Under the pieces are notes generated by a model that saw nothing but the letters and a program-made list of their open reading frames with translations, was not told the DNA's origin and did not search any database. The position numbers were made by a program, and so were the translations under genes. DNA of 64,000 nt from Hemiscyllium ocellatum (Eukaryota), in assembly GCF_020745735.1 (NCBI RefSeq), contig NC_083448.1:11406006-11470005 (forward strand). Direction: 5' to 3'. This document shows, piece by piece, positions 51,569 through 64,000 of this stretch; position 1 is the first letter of the stretch, and each line of letters opens with the position of its first letter.

Positions 51569-51652
51569 CTGTTCATTATCAAACAAAGAATGGCTGCTCA
51601 AACTCATGTGCTTGAAGTGCTTGGCGTATCTGCGTAGGTCTCGTTCAAACAA
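51569..51652 (-). CDS. polm: Pol mu exon 10 equivalent (84 nt)
   Basis: Translated by hand. Acceptor attctgtag|TTG, donor GAACAG|gtggga. [28 protein letters not shown]. Confidence 0.92.
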
Positions 51653-51955
51653 CTACAGAATATCAGAAAAATCAACAAAAACAAAGAGTCATTCAAACAA
51701 AGTCAAAAGGAAGAAATTTCCTCTTTTGGAGTGATTTATTTTTTCTCTCATTTTTGGAATGTGAAAGTTTTATTTTCCCCTTCCCAACACCACTCCTCAA
51801 GCTCTCACTCCTCTCTCCTGGGTTTCCCCCACTTTCCCCCCACTCCTGGCCTTCCATCACTGTTCTCTCCCTGCATTGGTGCAACCAACCTTCTCTGCTT
51901 CTGGATCTAAAGTCTTGAACTCATGCCAGTCTTGGGTTCCATAGGTTGTCAGGTG

Positions 51956-52220
51956 TAGATTAGAGTGGTGCTGGAAAAGCTCAGCAGGTCAGGCAGCATC
52001 CGAGGAGCAGGAAAATCAACGTTGAGGACAAAAGTCCTTCATCAGGAATGAAAGCAGAGAGCTCCACCCTCGAGGCTCCCTGCCTTCCTTCCTGATGAAG
52101 GGCTTTTGCCGGAAGCATCGATTATCCTGCTCCTCAGATGCTACCTGACCTGCTGAGCTTTTCCAGCACCACTCTAATCTAGATTCTGATTTCCAGCATC
52201 TGTAGTCCTCACTTTTGCCT
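51956..52220. mobile_element. Head-to-head pair of Penelope tails in a polm intron
   Basis: Arms 51956-52048 and 52089-52181 (93 nt each) are close reverse complements around a 40-nt spacer. Confidence 0.8.
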
Positions 52221-53330
52221 TGCTCATAGGCTGTCAGGTGCCTGGCCAAACTTGACTCAAAGGCTAATTTACTGGGGGCTAATTGGAAACTGTAGGGAAA
52301 GCCCACATGTTCATCTCAACACACCTTTTGCAGGAAGTGGGCACAATATTCTTGGACAAACACAGGCAGTTTTGCCAGGGTGCTGAACCAACTGTAATGT
52401 CCTGTGGAGATCAGGCTTTCCAGGGTCAGCGACTTGCAGGCAACTCATTAAATCATTAGAGTGCACTTTTACTCTACTTTCAACTGTATACAGTTTCCTT
52501 TCACAACAGACGAACTGCAATAGAATTTGCAACCACATGGAGTGGTTAAGTAAAAATCAGCAGATTTTGTGAAGAAGACAATAATATGTTGAAATTCAGG
52601 GTTGAGCCACATGGGGGAGTGGACTTGATGGAAAGTGTATGAAGTTGGTGACAATGTCTGACAATCAGGGCCACCTTTCCATTGGGACGGGGGATGGGGG
52701 GTGGGGGGAATCCTTGCCTTTCTGTGTAATATCCTTTCTGCCTCGAATTTTAATTGATCATACAACAGCCAAGTGCCTTGTACTTTCCCACAGTCTAACA
52801 GCAGCCCAATACATTTCATAACCAATTTGTTCCTTCTGTTTGCGAGCGGAAAGTAAAATATCACTTTGCAAGTGAGCAGTGTGAGGGGAATTGTGCAGGT
52901 GTATTGGGAGAAGCAGCACTTATTGAACATCTATCAGAAAAGTGTGAATGTTTCAATGAACAGGTACAGATAGTCCTGTTTGTTTCATGGCTAACCAGAG
53001 CAAAAAAGATTTATCTGAAAAGGTAGCTATTTCACTGGCAATCAACATTTTGGACATGAAATCATATCCAGGTGCGAGCCCAAACTCTGGAGAGTCAGGA
53101 GCATCTTTCCTCAGCTGATCAATAGCTTCAATATGAACAAAAAAATTGTCTTCACATTCCACTTTTCAGATCATCAAGCTGAAAATGCCTGAAATGGAGA
53201 GTACATGTGTCAATGTTTGTAAATAAAAGACTTTTCAATCATGAGCCTCAATGTGAATTTATCCAAATGTTAGCCAGTCCTGGTCAATTTCTAAGTTAGT
53301 CAGCTGTAACATTTACATTTTTCACCTTCA

Positions 53331-53723
<393 letters not shown>

Positions 53724-54989
53724 CTAAAATATTTGGAAAATAACCATGTAAATAAATATCTACTCTTCACACAGAAATAATCTCAGCTCTTTTACTCAGG
53801 ACTGCATGACCAAATTTCTTACAAGTTGATATATATTCATGACGCAAGGAAGCACTCAGTTACCAAGTACAATAACAAAATCTCTCCTCAGCCTGCTTAA
53901 AAGGAACATTTTCTATGACCTAGTTCGAGCCATGATTGTAAACATTATAAAGTCTTGTAACTTTTACAACTAATTTTTAATCTCAAAGTAGTTTCAGGAA
54001 AGCAAATGAAAAATAATTGCCCAGCTTCTGCGACAGGAAGACTAGTGAAGTGATCTGCAGAGTTCTCATGGGCAAGTTTTGGGGCAGGATTCCACAGGAA
54101 GGGAAAGTGGCCCACAAGGCAGATAGATTGGAACTCACCTCTTGACAAACTGAGCAGCCATAGATCAAGTTGAAAAGCTCAAATGGCAGTTTCACATTCA
54201 GCCGCCTTATTGGATTGATTGTACAACCCACTTCCTTGGAATGGATCAGCATTCATTTCAGTTTCATTTCCTGCTTCACTTCAAGCCTCAACAGGTGGAT
54301 TTAAAATTTAGGAAGCTTATTTTTAAAACTTCCAACCCAACTTGGACTCATCCCTTCTCAGTTAAAACTCTCCAGTTTGCAATGATCTGTATGCTTGGAC
54401 AAGCCTCTTGTCGGGGTTTGTGTTCTTATCTTCTGTGACCTGACTGGGCTGGAGAATATTCTGCAAAGGGGTCAAGCGATTCCCTGATGATTGAATTGCT
54501 AGATTCCAAAAATTGCCAATGTGACGGGAGAAACAGTTGGAAAACAAAGGTTGGATTGAAAGCTAAATTGGCGCTATCTCTGGCAATTCAGAAGGCACGG
54601 AGCTCATGCAAGGTTCTCCCCAAGGGGAAGAGTTTTCAGTTTAATAGCCTTCAAACAGATTTAGGATTTGAAGAATACAGCTCATTCAGTTTTTTTTTCT
54701 TTTCGATTCATTTACAGGGTGTGGGCAAAGCTGGCAAGGCCAGTATTTACTGTCCATCCCTCATTTCCCAGAAGCCAGTAAGGAGTCAACCATGTTGCTA
54801 TGACTTCCGTGTCACACGTTGGCCAGACCGGGTAAGGACTGCAGTTTCCTGCCCTAGAGGACGTGAATGAATCAGGTGAGTTCATCCAACAAATCAACAT
54901 GACTAGACCAACAATTCCAGGTTGTTTTAATTCAATCTGTGACAGTGCTGTCACTTTAAAAAAGTTAGAGTTGATTTGGGTTTTTTTCA

Positions 54990-55490
54990 AGAGAGAGGTC
55001 ATAAAGGCAGTGGTGTGGAAATGTCTCCCTTAACAGTGGCAGGGAATGGCCAATTCTCCCATTCCAGGATTTTTCTCGTTAGGTTTTGTGGTAGCAGTCA
55101 CAGAAGCTGCTGCAGTGTAAAAGGTTCCATGCATCAGCAGATGATCCCTGCCGGACCTTTCTCTTTGAAATCTCTCATTCCTGTAAGAACCTGGGTTTGA
55201 ATTTAGTTTTTGGCAAGTGGTGTGCTTATGGGATGTTATGGGAATTGGAACAGCTCCTTAGTTGAGTCGGTTAAGTTTTCCAATAGTTTAGTTATTCTAA
55301 ATTCCGTTTTCTTTTGTTTGCACTTCAACTGTAGTGTTTAAATAAATCCTGTATTGCTTCAAGCCTAGTGGTTTGACCATCTACATCACACCTGGAATAT
55401 TGACTTCACATCTGCCCTTTACTCAGAAAAAATTAGGATTGAGGCTACCTTCTTCCAATATTTTGAGGGAGTCTGGCCTGGCCCATAACA
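54990..55490 (+). mobile_element. Possible solo-LTR 3' portion
   Basis: Contains aataaa and ends gagggagtctggcctggcccataACA, an LTR-like terminus; 5' end not located. Confidence 0.35.
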
Positions 55491-57250
55491 ATCCATCTCC
55501 ATGGCGGGATTCGAACATGGGTTCTGAGAACACTACCTGGATCTCAAGAGTAGTTGTTTCCTTCAAGGTGCGTTGCAAAGAACAGAGACTGAGTAAAGGG
55601 AAGGCAATAGATTGTGCACTGGCTAAGACCCTTACTATTGTCACTATTTCCAGAGCTGACCAGGTTCTCTCAGGGGGTTGGCCAGCAAAGTGTCTGATCA
55701 GTCGATGCAGTCAGGACTAGCCTGTTTGAAGTGAAAGATGGTTCATTGACACGTGCCTCGTTGCTGGTCACTGAGTCCAGCGACTTCAAATGGAATTCAA
55801 CTGCAGGCAACTGGCCCTCAATGGCCAAAACAGTCGAATGGAAATTCAGAGTTACTGCACCGTGGTGATCAAATTAAAACACCAAGTGCATGTGGTCCCA
55901 CTTCTCTGCAGGATGCAATGCAAGCATAAGCTCATTAGGTTTCTTTTCTGTTAGCTTCCTGGTGACTTCCTTCTTTTGGCAGCCCCAAGTTTTGACAGGG
56001 ATAGTTACAACATGTCTCAGTGAAGATTCTTAAATTTGATTGGCTGTGAGCCCCATCTTGCTGAGCCAGCACAGACGATTTACAGAAGGTGTCATGCTGC
56101 ACTAGGTATACTCTCAGCATGTCTCTGCTTTAAAGAAATTTGGTCAGGTGAGCTCTGGAAGTTTACTGAAGTAGGATTTCCTCTTAGCATTTTGGAATGA
56201 GAGTGTAATTATTGGTCAGCAAGGGGAGAAGTGTTCTATAAAAGAATCAACACTGTGTTCACTAAGGTTTGAGCACATTGTCCTCAAGTGCCCTCCGGAA
56301 TTCCAATGTAATGGGAGATGTAGAATGGCAAAGTGAAGCTCAGCTCAAGCTCAAACAGAATGCCAGTGTATCACATTCTGGTTCAGCTTGACAATAGGGT
56401 ACAGAGGTGGATGGGGACAGTGGGGCATGAACAGATATCCTCAGGAGACACCAAAGATGATGGGCTGTGGTGATATTCTAGCCTCAGTTGTTTATTCTTC
56501 CCCAAGCTTTGAGTATCTCATTACTGGCCAGTGGAAAAGAGAAAGAGAGAAAGTATTATCAACAATCCAGAGATACAGCCAATGATACTCATATCAATCT
56601 AAAACTCCAGTAATAGAGGAACTCTGTATCCAGAACAGCTCAGTACTAAGGGAAGCAGAGACACAGAGTCAAGATAGAAATTTTGCTAAAAAGTGTGTGG
56701 TTTCACCCAACTTACCACAACTGATTTTCCCAATCTAAAACTTATTTCTATGACACAATGCCAACTGCTTCTAAAAAAAAACTGAGCATCAGGAATCCAA
56801 GACAGAATTCTTGGACTTCCTCTCCATGTAGTCTTAAACTACATTAGACGCTAGTTTTTCTCCTGTGTCTGCTCATCATATTTTCCAAGCTCACCTTTTC
56901 CAAAAAAATCTACCTCCCAGCTCTGACAATGCCCATTTCTCACTACACCACTGGCCACAGACTTCCCTTTCCAGCCAGCATCCTGTTACGTAGTCCAATC
57001 AATTGTCAACCCATGAGACAGGACAGAAACATTCTGAATGGAAAACATAAATGTCATCTTGTGTGACTGGGACCATGATATAAAATGGGAGAAAGTGAGG
57101 ACTGCAGGTGCTGGAGATCAGAGCTGAAAAATGTGTTGCTGGAAAAGCGCAGCAGGCCAGGCAGCATCAAAGGAGCAGGAGAATCGATGTTTCAGACATA
57201 AGCCCTTTATCTCTGAGGATTTTCTGGAATTAGTCAGGTCCAATTCATAC

Positions 57251-57353
57251 CTGGGCAGCCATCCAATTAATCACTTGGTGAAGTAGACCCTGTTCCTTGC
57301 CTTCATCCTGGTGAGTAATCAGAAGGTCAACATCATGGCCAGATTCCTTTCCT
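57251..57353 (-). CDS. polm: Pol mu exon 8 equivalent (103 nt), catalytic DxD
   Basis: Translated by hand. Acceptor gattttcag|AG, donor GCCCAG|gtatga. GKESGHDVDLLITHQDEGKEQGLLHQVINWMAAQ has the GHDVD catalytic motif with the His shared by Pol mu and TdT. Confidence 0.92.
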
Positions 57354-58423
57354 CTGAAAATCACAACGTTGGAAATGTGAACACAAGCCATTAACAAGTA
57401 AACAAGTCCTTCAAAGTAAATAGTAAAATCATTTTCAGGGGATAGTGGAGGAATACAGTATCACATTGAAAAAAAATTAAAATGCAGTGGTGTTTTGAAA
57501 TGCATTTCTTTTGGATCTGGTGAATGCAACACAGTGTTCAGTTCCCATTCCAACAGTTGTGGTGATAATCTGATGACAAAGGGAAGAGTGATAAGACAAA
57601 AAAAAGTACTGTAAACAAACCAAAAAAGTGCCAGTTGCAAACATGCTGTTGTCTGAAAGCAAAAATAGGAGAAAATCTCAAACATGCAAAGAGACAGAAA
57701 CAATATGGAAAAACATTTGATGATTGGAAATTAGAACAAAGCACAGTACAGCACAGGAACAAGCCATTCGCACCACCAAGACTGCACCAACACATGTAGC
57801 CTTTCTAAACTGTCTCTATGTAATTCATATCCTTCTTTTCCCTGCCTATTCATCTATCTGTCAGGATGCCTCTGTAACATTGCTGGTGTATCCACCTCTG
57901 CCACCTCAAATTGTTCAATTAATTGCTGAGTCCAGAAAGTGTCAAGAGCCCAATTAAAACATAGGGGCCCATTCCTCAAGCTGATGTTGAGCTTTACCAA
58001 CAGCAAGAGAAAGGCTGAGGTGTCAGTGTGAGAGTAACGTGCAGAATTAATACGATAGGTGACTGGAAATTCAAGGTCACATCTGCAGACTGAATGGTGG
58101 TGTTCTCTAAAGTGCTCATCCAATCTGCATTTGATACCCCTGAGGTAAAGGAAATGCCTTTGAGAGAAGTAAAGATATTACATTAAATTGAAGTAAATTA
58201 TGCTTCTTTCCTTATCTGGTACCAGTGTATTCAGTCCTGTAAGACTCATCCTTCTGTCCCTCAGTCTATCTTCTCTGCCATCCTACCAGAAAACTTTGTT
58301 TGTCCTTGTCCCTTCCACCTCTTGCTCAAGCATCTCTAATTTTTCCCCAATTCTCCCGCACAGTCACTGACCCGCAATGTTGAGCCAATTTCTCTTTCCA
58401 CAAATACTGCTTAACCTGTTCAG

Positions 58424-58605
58424 AGTTAAATATCACACAGCACCAGGTTATAGTCCATCAGGTTTAATTGGAAGCACAACAGCTTTTGGAGCTGTTCATC
58501 AGGTGGTTGAAGGCGTGGCACTCCGAAAGCTAGTGGACTATAACCTGGTGTTGTGTGATATTTAACTTTGTACACCCCAGTCCAACACTGACATCTCCAA
58601 ATCAT
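58424..58605. mobile_element. Head-to-head Penelope-derived terminal element in a polm intron
   Basis: 58424-58457 and 58534-58567 are near-perfect reverse complements, with hammerhead remnants inside. Confidence 0.7.
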
Positions 58606-58894
58606 AAACTGTTCAGCATTTTCTGATTTTAGTTCAGATTTTCAGTATGCACACAGTCCTCTGCTATTCAATTGGGAAACTCGATGTGTGACTTACAATT
58701 AACCAACAAATGCTAAAACCCAGTTTCAGCCAGTAAATTAGGACAAGAGAGAAAATTCTCCGTTTTGCTCTGGACGGAGAAACAAATCATTGTAACAAGG
58801 CTTTCAAATCGGTCAGTGCCACTACTCTTACAAATCAAAAACCGGAGTTCCTAATTACCTTATCTCTACCCTTGTTTAAAATCTTCGTTTGGTA

Positions 58895-59530
58895 TGCTTT
58901 CGTTTATTGGTCAGAGTATTGAGTACAGGAGTTGGGAGGTCATGTTGCGGCTGTACAGGACATTGGTGAGGCCACTGTTGGAATATTGCATGCAATTCTG
59001 ATCTCCTTCCTATCAGAAAGATGTTGTGAAACTTGAAAGGGTTCAGAAAAGATTTACAAGGATGTTGCCAGGGTTGGAGGATCTGAGCTACAAGGAGAGG
59101 CTGAACAGGCTGGGGCTGTTTTCCCTGGAGCGTCGGAGGCTGAGGGATGACCTTATAGAGGTTTACAAAATTATGAGGGGCACGGATAGGATAAATAGAC
59201 AAAGTCTTTTCCCTGGGGTCGGGGAGTCCAGAACTAGAGGGCAGAGGTTTAGGGTGAGAGGGGAAAGATATAAAAGAGACCGGAGGTGCAACTCTTTCAC
59301 GCAGAGGGTGGTACGTGTATGGAATGAGCTGCCAGAGGATGTGGTGGACGGTGGTACAATTGCAACATTTAAGACGCATCTGGATGGGTATATGATTAGG
59401 AAGGGTTTGGAGGGATATGGGCCGGGTGCTGGCAGGTGGGACTAGATTGGGTTGGGATATCTGGTCGGCAAGGTATGGTTGGACCGAAGGGTCTGTTTCC
59501 ATGCTGTACATCTCTATGACTCTACGACTC
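58895..59530 (+). mobile_element. CR1-type LINE 3' end, well preserved
   Basis: ORF KLERVQKRFTRMLPGLEDLSYKERLNRLGLFSLERRRLRDDLIEVYKIMRG; tail ctctatgactctacgactcta. Confidence 0.9.
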
Positions 59531-59685
59531 TATTTAAGAGCCTTGGCTTCCCACTCGGTTTCTCAACATTATAAAAGGTTCTTTTGTCTCAACCTTTCTC
59601 AGTAGTTAAATATCACAGGCTTTGACAAAGATAAGCTGAATTTAACAGAATTAAATGATACAATGGAAAACAGCGGAGCTCTAAC

Positions 59686-59818
59686 CTTCGAAAGCCACCA
59701 GCTAACTTGATAACTGCAGCAGGTAGAAATCTGTGTACAGTTTCTTCAACAATTTTCCTGACTGAATCTGCCTCAGCCATTGTGACTGGGACAATGAGGT
59801 CTTCATAATAGAGCAAGC
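59686..59818 (-). CDS. polm: Pol mu exon 7 equivalent (133 nt)
   Basis: Acceptor tgttttacag|GC, donor CGAAG|gttaga (phase 1 to 2). GLLYYEDLIVPVTMAEADSVRKIVEETVHRFLPAAVIKLAGGFRR contains the PolX GGFRRG motif. Confidence 0.92.
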
Positions 59819-61729
59819 CTGTAAAACAAAAGGAACTTTTTAGTTCAAAAACAGGTTTGGGCTTCACAGGGGATTGCAGGTATTTTTGAAATATTCTTCA
59901 GATCAAGTTTCATTTTTCAACCAGAAGGAGTTTTTAAAAAAAACTCCTGGGCCTATTTCCAATTTATTACTTCCCTTTGTTGATGGTTGGCAACATCAAA
60001 GGTGACAATTACACTGCAGAGCACCTTCACTGGAGCAAAATAATATTGCATAATACTTCCGTGTGCCTTTTAGCCATCCTGATTTCCACATTCCAATCCA
60101 TTACCATACTAAAGCTAAAATTTCAGCGCTAATGTTGAAATTGATTACCCAACTAAATTGTTGTACAGTGTCAAGGGATGTACAGGCTCAATAGATCAGC
60201 CAGGGGAAGCTGCAGAGTCACAGGGAGAGGGTAGGGGTATAGGTCTTGTCAGTGAGGCAGTGTAGACTCGAAGAGGTGAATGGCATGCTTCCACACTGTA
60301 GGGATTCTATGATTCAATGCATTCAGCCCTATCACCTTCTGTGAACTCTACATTCCTTCATTCCAGCCTCTCATGCCACAACTTCCTTTGCCCCAGTGTA
60401 ATTTGATGTGCCAGGAGCTGTTTGCAGCACTGTTAGGAATTTCTTCCTTTCATCTCTCAGTCTCTCCATCACTTTCTGTCCACTCTTCGATCTCGTTTCA
60501 AAACCAAATTCCTCAACTTAACCTGATTTAGCCCATCAAACATCTCTTGCTTTGATCGAGCTCAATGTCTCCCTGAATTAACCATCTATGGGACATCTCT
60601 AAAGGTGCTGGAAAAATGGGACAACTGAGAACAGATTGGTCTCCCAGACTTCATATGATCCATGTTGATCAGACTCGGATAATGACTCTTTGTTTTTGGG
60701 TGTTACAAGTTCCATTAAAGAGCACATTTTGTTGCTGCCTCTTCTAAAAAGCCTCTAAATGTAAATGAAGGAGTTGCAAACTTATTCGTGCTTTGATTCC
60801 AAGCAATACTCAATTTGCCAAACTCAGTTCTGATTGAAGTTGGGACTCTCCAATCTGTCAGTATAAGCCTTTTCTTCCTTTAGGTCCAATACTTATTTCC
60901 TACAGCACACATTTTAAAATGCTTGTCTTCAACTGCAAAACCTTAAGCTCATTTCATCCAACTTCTGCAACCTCATCCAGACTTTCAACATGCGTATCCT
61001 ACAATCCTGTGAATCTGAGCTAATGGGTGTCCCCACTTCTCCATATCACATTCAATTTACAAGTTCCAGCCATTTCCAACTTAAATCTGTAATTTTATTC
61101 CCTACTGTCAAACATAGTCTCAAAATCTATAATCGGTCCTCATGTTTTTGAGACTGATGAAGATTGACCAAGAATTCTTGGCCAATCTTCGATTCTCCCC
61201 TCTAAAAGGCATTTTACAAAAGTCTCAGAGAATCAACTAAGTCCTATTCAAATGTGTACATTTGTGAATATCAATTATGGACAATGCCAAGCTTGTTTGT
61301 AATGCTCTCCAAAAAAACGCAAACTAACTCTCACATCTCGGTGAAGACTAGCTAACAAAGCGCTGTTGGCATCCACTCAATTATACTTCAGCAAAATCCA
61401 CTCATTCCAAAAATGTAGATAAAAATTGATGACTTTAGCAGAAGGTAAGAAAGGTAAGGTATGCTGTAACTGTACATTTGAAGTATAGGGTACATTACAA
61501 TTGCAAGAAGTTCACAAGTGAATTATTTCCCTTCAAGAAAATGTCATTAAAATCCCAACTTGCGCTCAAATTGATTTTTCTTCCCTTCTGTCTTGATGAA
61601 ACTGATTCTTGCTGGGAGCACAGTTCCAAATTATCAGAAAGACTAAGCAAATTACAAATGTCCTTGAGAGAAGTGAACAACTTCAAAGGCAACAGGTTAC
61701 ATTATTTTTTTTGTCCACGACTTCATTAC

Positions 61730-61850
61730 CTGCTTCTTGTTCTTTAGTGAGTTTTATTTTTGATGCTTTCAGTTCATGCAGCGTTCGCAGTCCCTCTCTA
61801 TACCACTTCTCAGCTGTCTTCACACCAACACCAAAGATGCTGGTAAATCG
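61730..61850 (-). CDS. polm: Pol mu exon 6 equivalent (121 nt), helix-hairpin-helix
   Basis: Translated by hand. Acceptor ttttgcag|CGA, donor GAAGCAG|gtaatg. RFTSIFGVGVKTAEKWYREGLRTLHELKASKIKLTKEQEA; WYREGLRTL is Pol mu-type. Confidence 0.92.
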
Positions 61851-62631
61851 CTGCAAAACCAGAAACTAAGTTTACAAACCATATAAACCAGAGACCGACT
61901 TCTCACGTTGTTGTAAACAGAAGCAGCAGGACAGCTCCAGTGAAGTGTGTTGGTATTTTTAAACACAAAGTAAACCACGGACCATCAACAAGTCCAAGCA
62001 AGTGAGGGGCACCGTTCCCCAAAATTCAGCAAAGGGAAGGAGGCAGGTATCCATCAACAATCACACCCAGCATTACAAGTGAACACATCCTGCTGGCATA
62101 TTGCACCTTTTGGGACCTCAGGACATTCTCTCATGCTTTAAAGCAAGGAAATATTTGACTAAAAATCTAATTGCTTTTGCAATATAGGAAATTGCACAGA
62201 CAAAGTAAATACAATGCAAAATATACAAAAACATGAAGCAAGAGATTGCCATTCGACGTGCTCTGGCACTAAGTCAGTCTATGACTGACTTGATACAGGG
62301 CTGAACTCAGCTTTCCTGACTGCCCAGCTCTAGTTATATCTATTAACCTTCTTCTGAGGCAAAGCCTTATTGAACTCAGCCTTGAATATTATAAATGAGT
62401 GAACCTCCAATGCTCAGATCAAAACAAAAATAGTTAGTGAGTTTATATCAAACAGATTGAGATCGTCTGGAAATGGTTTTCTCCCATTATCTGACATGAG
62501 ACAACTGCTGTTTCCTCAATCATAATATCTGAGAGATGTCCTCAGTAACCATTATCTGACATGAGATGCTCGAGACTTGCCATTTCAGTTCATTTCATGT
62601 GTAGCAAAATACATCAAAAACTGAGACTCAC

Positions 62632-62703
62632 CTTTAGTGTTTGATATCTTTCATTTTGGATTAACTTCTCAACTTCCCTGCAGTTTCCATCTTCAAGGAT
62701 TTC
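62632..62703 (-). CDS. polm: Pol mu exon 5 equivalent (72 nt)
   Basis: Translated by hand. Acceptor ggctgcag|GAA, donor CTAAAG|gtgagt. EILEDGNCREVEKLIQNERYQTLK. Confidence 0.9.
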
Positions 62704-62793
62704 CTGCAGCCAAGTGGAAAGAAGTTTTCATGTCTTTCATTTGAAGGATTGCGTGAAAAGCAATCATTCAAATCCAGTACGTTGTAAAAACTA

Positions 62794-63024
<231 letters not shown>

Positions 63025-63595
63025 CTAGGCAAAATCATGATTGGTGATCCCATCTCAATCCATTCAGATCCATCTCTTTTAAATGTATGCATTTCAACAC
63101 TGCTAATTTCCTTAACTTTAAAGACAACAAATTCACCCCCCAGAATCGTAAAAATTATTGTTATGCCTATCTTACAATAAAGGATGTAGGGCCAGGAATT
63201 TTCTTTATCCCCACCCTTCTGAAACAGCAATTCATCACTTCTCAACCAAGTCTTTATAGTCAGGCTCCAAAGCTCGACTCAACTGACTTACATAAACATG
63301 CCTGTTCGAAAAGTCTCATCAACAGAACAAATATATACAACTGCCAGAAGTAATTTGCCTCTCACATAGTTTAGCCAGTGACCTGAAGACGGGTCACTGG
63401 AATTGAAAGGTAAACTCTGTTTCTCTCACCACAGATGTTGCCAGACCTGTTGAGTTTGTCCAGCAATTTCTGTTTTTGTTTAGCCAGAAGTCATGAGTTT
63501 GGGCACGACAAAGGGTCTCAACTTAATTCACAATAATCAGTACAATGTATTCTAGAGGTCTGAGGCAGTAAAGGACATTTGTCAATGATTATTAC

Positions 63596-63694
63596 CGTAA
63601 ATAAATTATTTCTATTATTCAGTGTTGTCCTTCTTTGACAGGCGTACTGCGAAACAGGAATATCAGTGGCACTACAATCAGCAGTTCTGTTCAC
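63596..63694 (-). CDS. polm: DNA polymerase mu, exon equivalent to human exon 3 (99 nt)
   Basis: Translated by hand. Acceptor gattttag|GTG, donor TTTACG|gtaata. VNRTADCSATDIPVSQYACQRRTTLNNRNNLFT contains the YACQR motif of Pol mu/TdT. The 33-aa length matches POLM as recalled (TdT about 43 aa). Confidence 0.85.
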
Positions 63695-64000
63695 CTAAAA
63701 TCAAACACAAGTGGTGAGTGTTTTGACCAACTCCAGCCACACACTAAAACACTTTCTTCCAAATCAGAATTAAATCACTAAAAACTTACGATATTAAGCA
63801 GAACTTCTGTGTCATGGAAATAGCTTGAAGGTAGCATACTTGTGATGACAGACTAAACGCTTGTTTTCACATCAATCATTCCCTCTGAAGCAAGGAGCAA
63901 CCATAACACCTCAAACCACTGGTGATAACTGACCTACCAGCATTGCTCAATATAAAACTCAGAAGGTCGACAGAGGGACAGCCATTGTTCCCACTTGACT

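Noticed and set aside
52953-53162. 69-aa minus ORF just after polm exon 9 as an extra exon
   Set aside because: No PolX similarity; exon 9 joins exon 10 in phase and gives the canonical [10 protein letters not shown] sequence.
63695-64000. polm exons 1-2 (BRCT domain)
   Set aside because: No BRCT-like frame with splice sites seen; presumed to lie right of the window.

Overview
Vertebrate (not prokaryotic) genomic DNA, very probably an elasmobranch. HE1-type SINEs, CR1/HER1-type LINE tails and shark-type Penelope elements point this way; the species cannot be determined from the window. Two spliced minus-strand genes lie in tandem. (1) nudcd3 coding exons 1-5 (ATG at 40541 in a CpG island, exon 5 ends at 2498); its last coding exon is not seen and should lie left of the window. 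(2) An X-family DNA polymerase, best called polm (Pol mu), with nine coding exons from 63694 to the stop at 49782; its BRCT exons should lie right of the window. All exon borders are AG/GT and phases are consistent. The rest is intron or intergenic DNA dense with retroelements: two long Penelope-like (RT + GIY-YIG) copies flanking the nudcd3 promoter, many short Penelope termini carrying minimal hammerhead-ribozyme motifs (often as head-to-head fold-backs), CR1, Rex1-type, RTE and other LINE fragments, HE1 and Deu-type SINEs, and a G-rich GAGCT-containing repeat in nudcd3 intron 1. Main leads: TdT-like residues in the Pol mu palm, the hammerhead/fold-back landscape, the twin Penelope copies with complementary lesions, and SINE-derived splice signals. 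All family assignments and comparisons to human proteins are from recalled knowledge; no database search was run.
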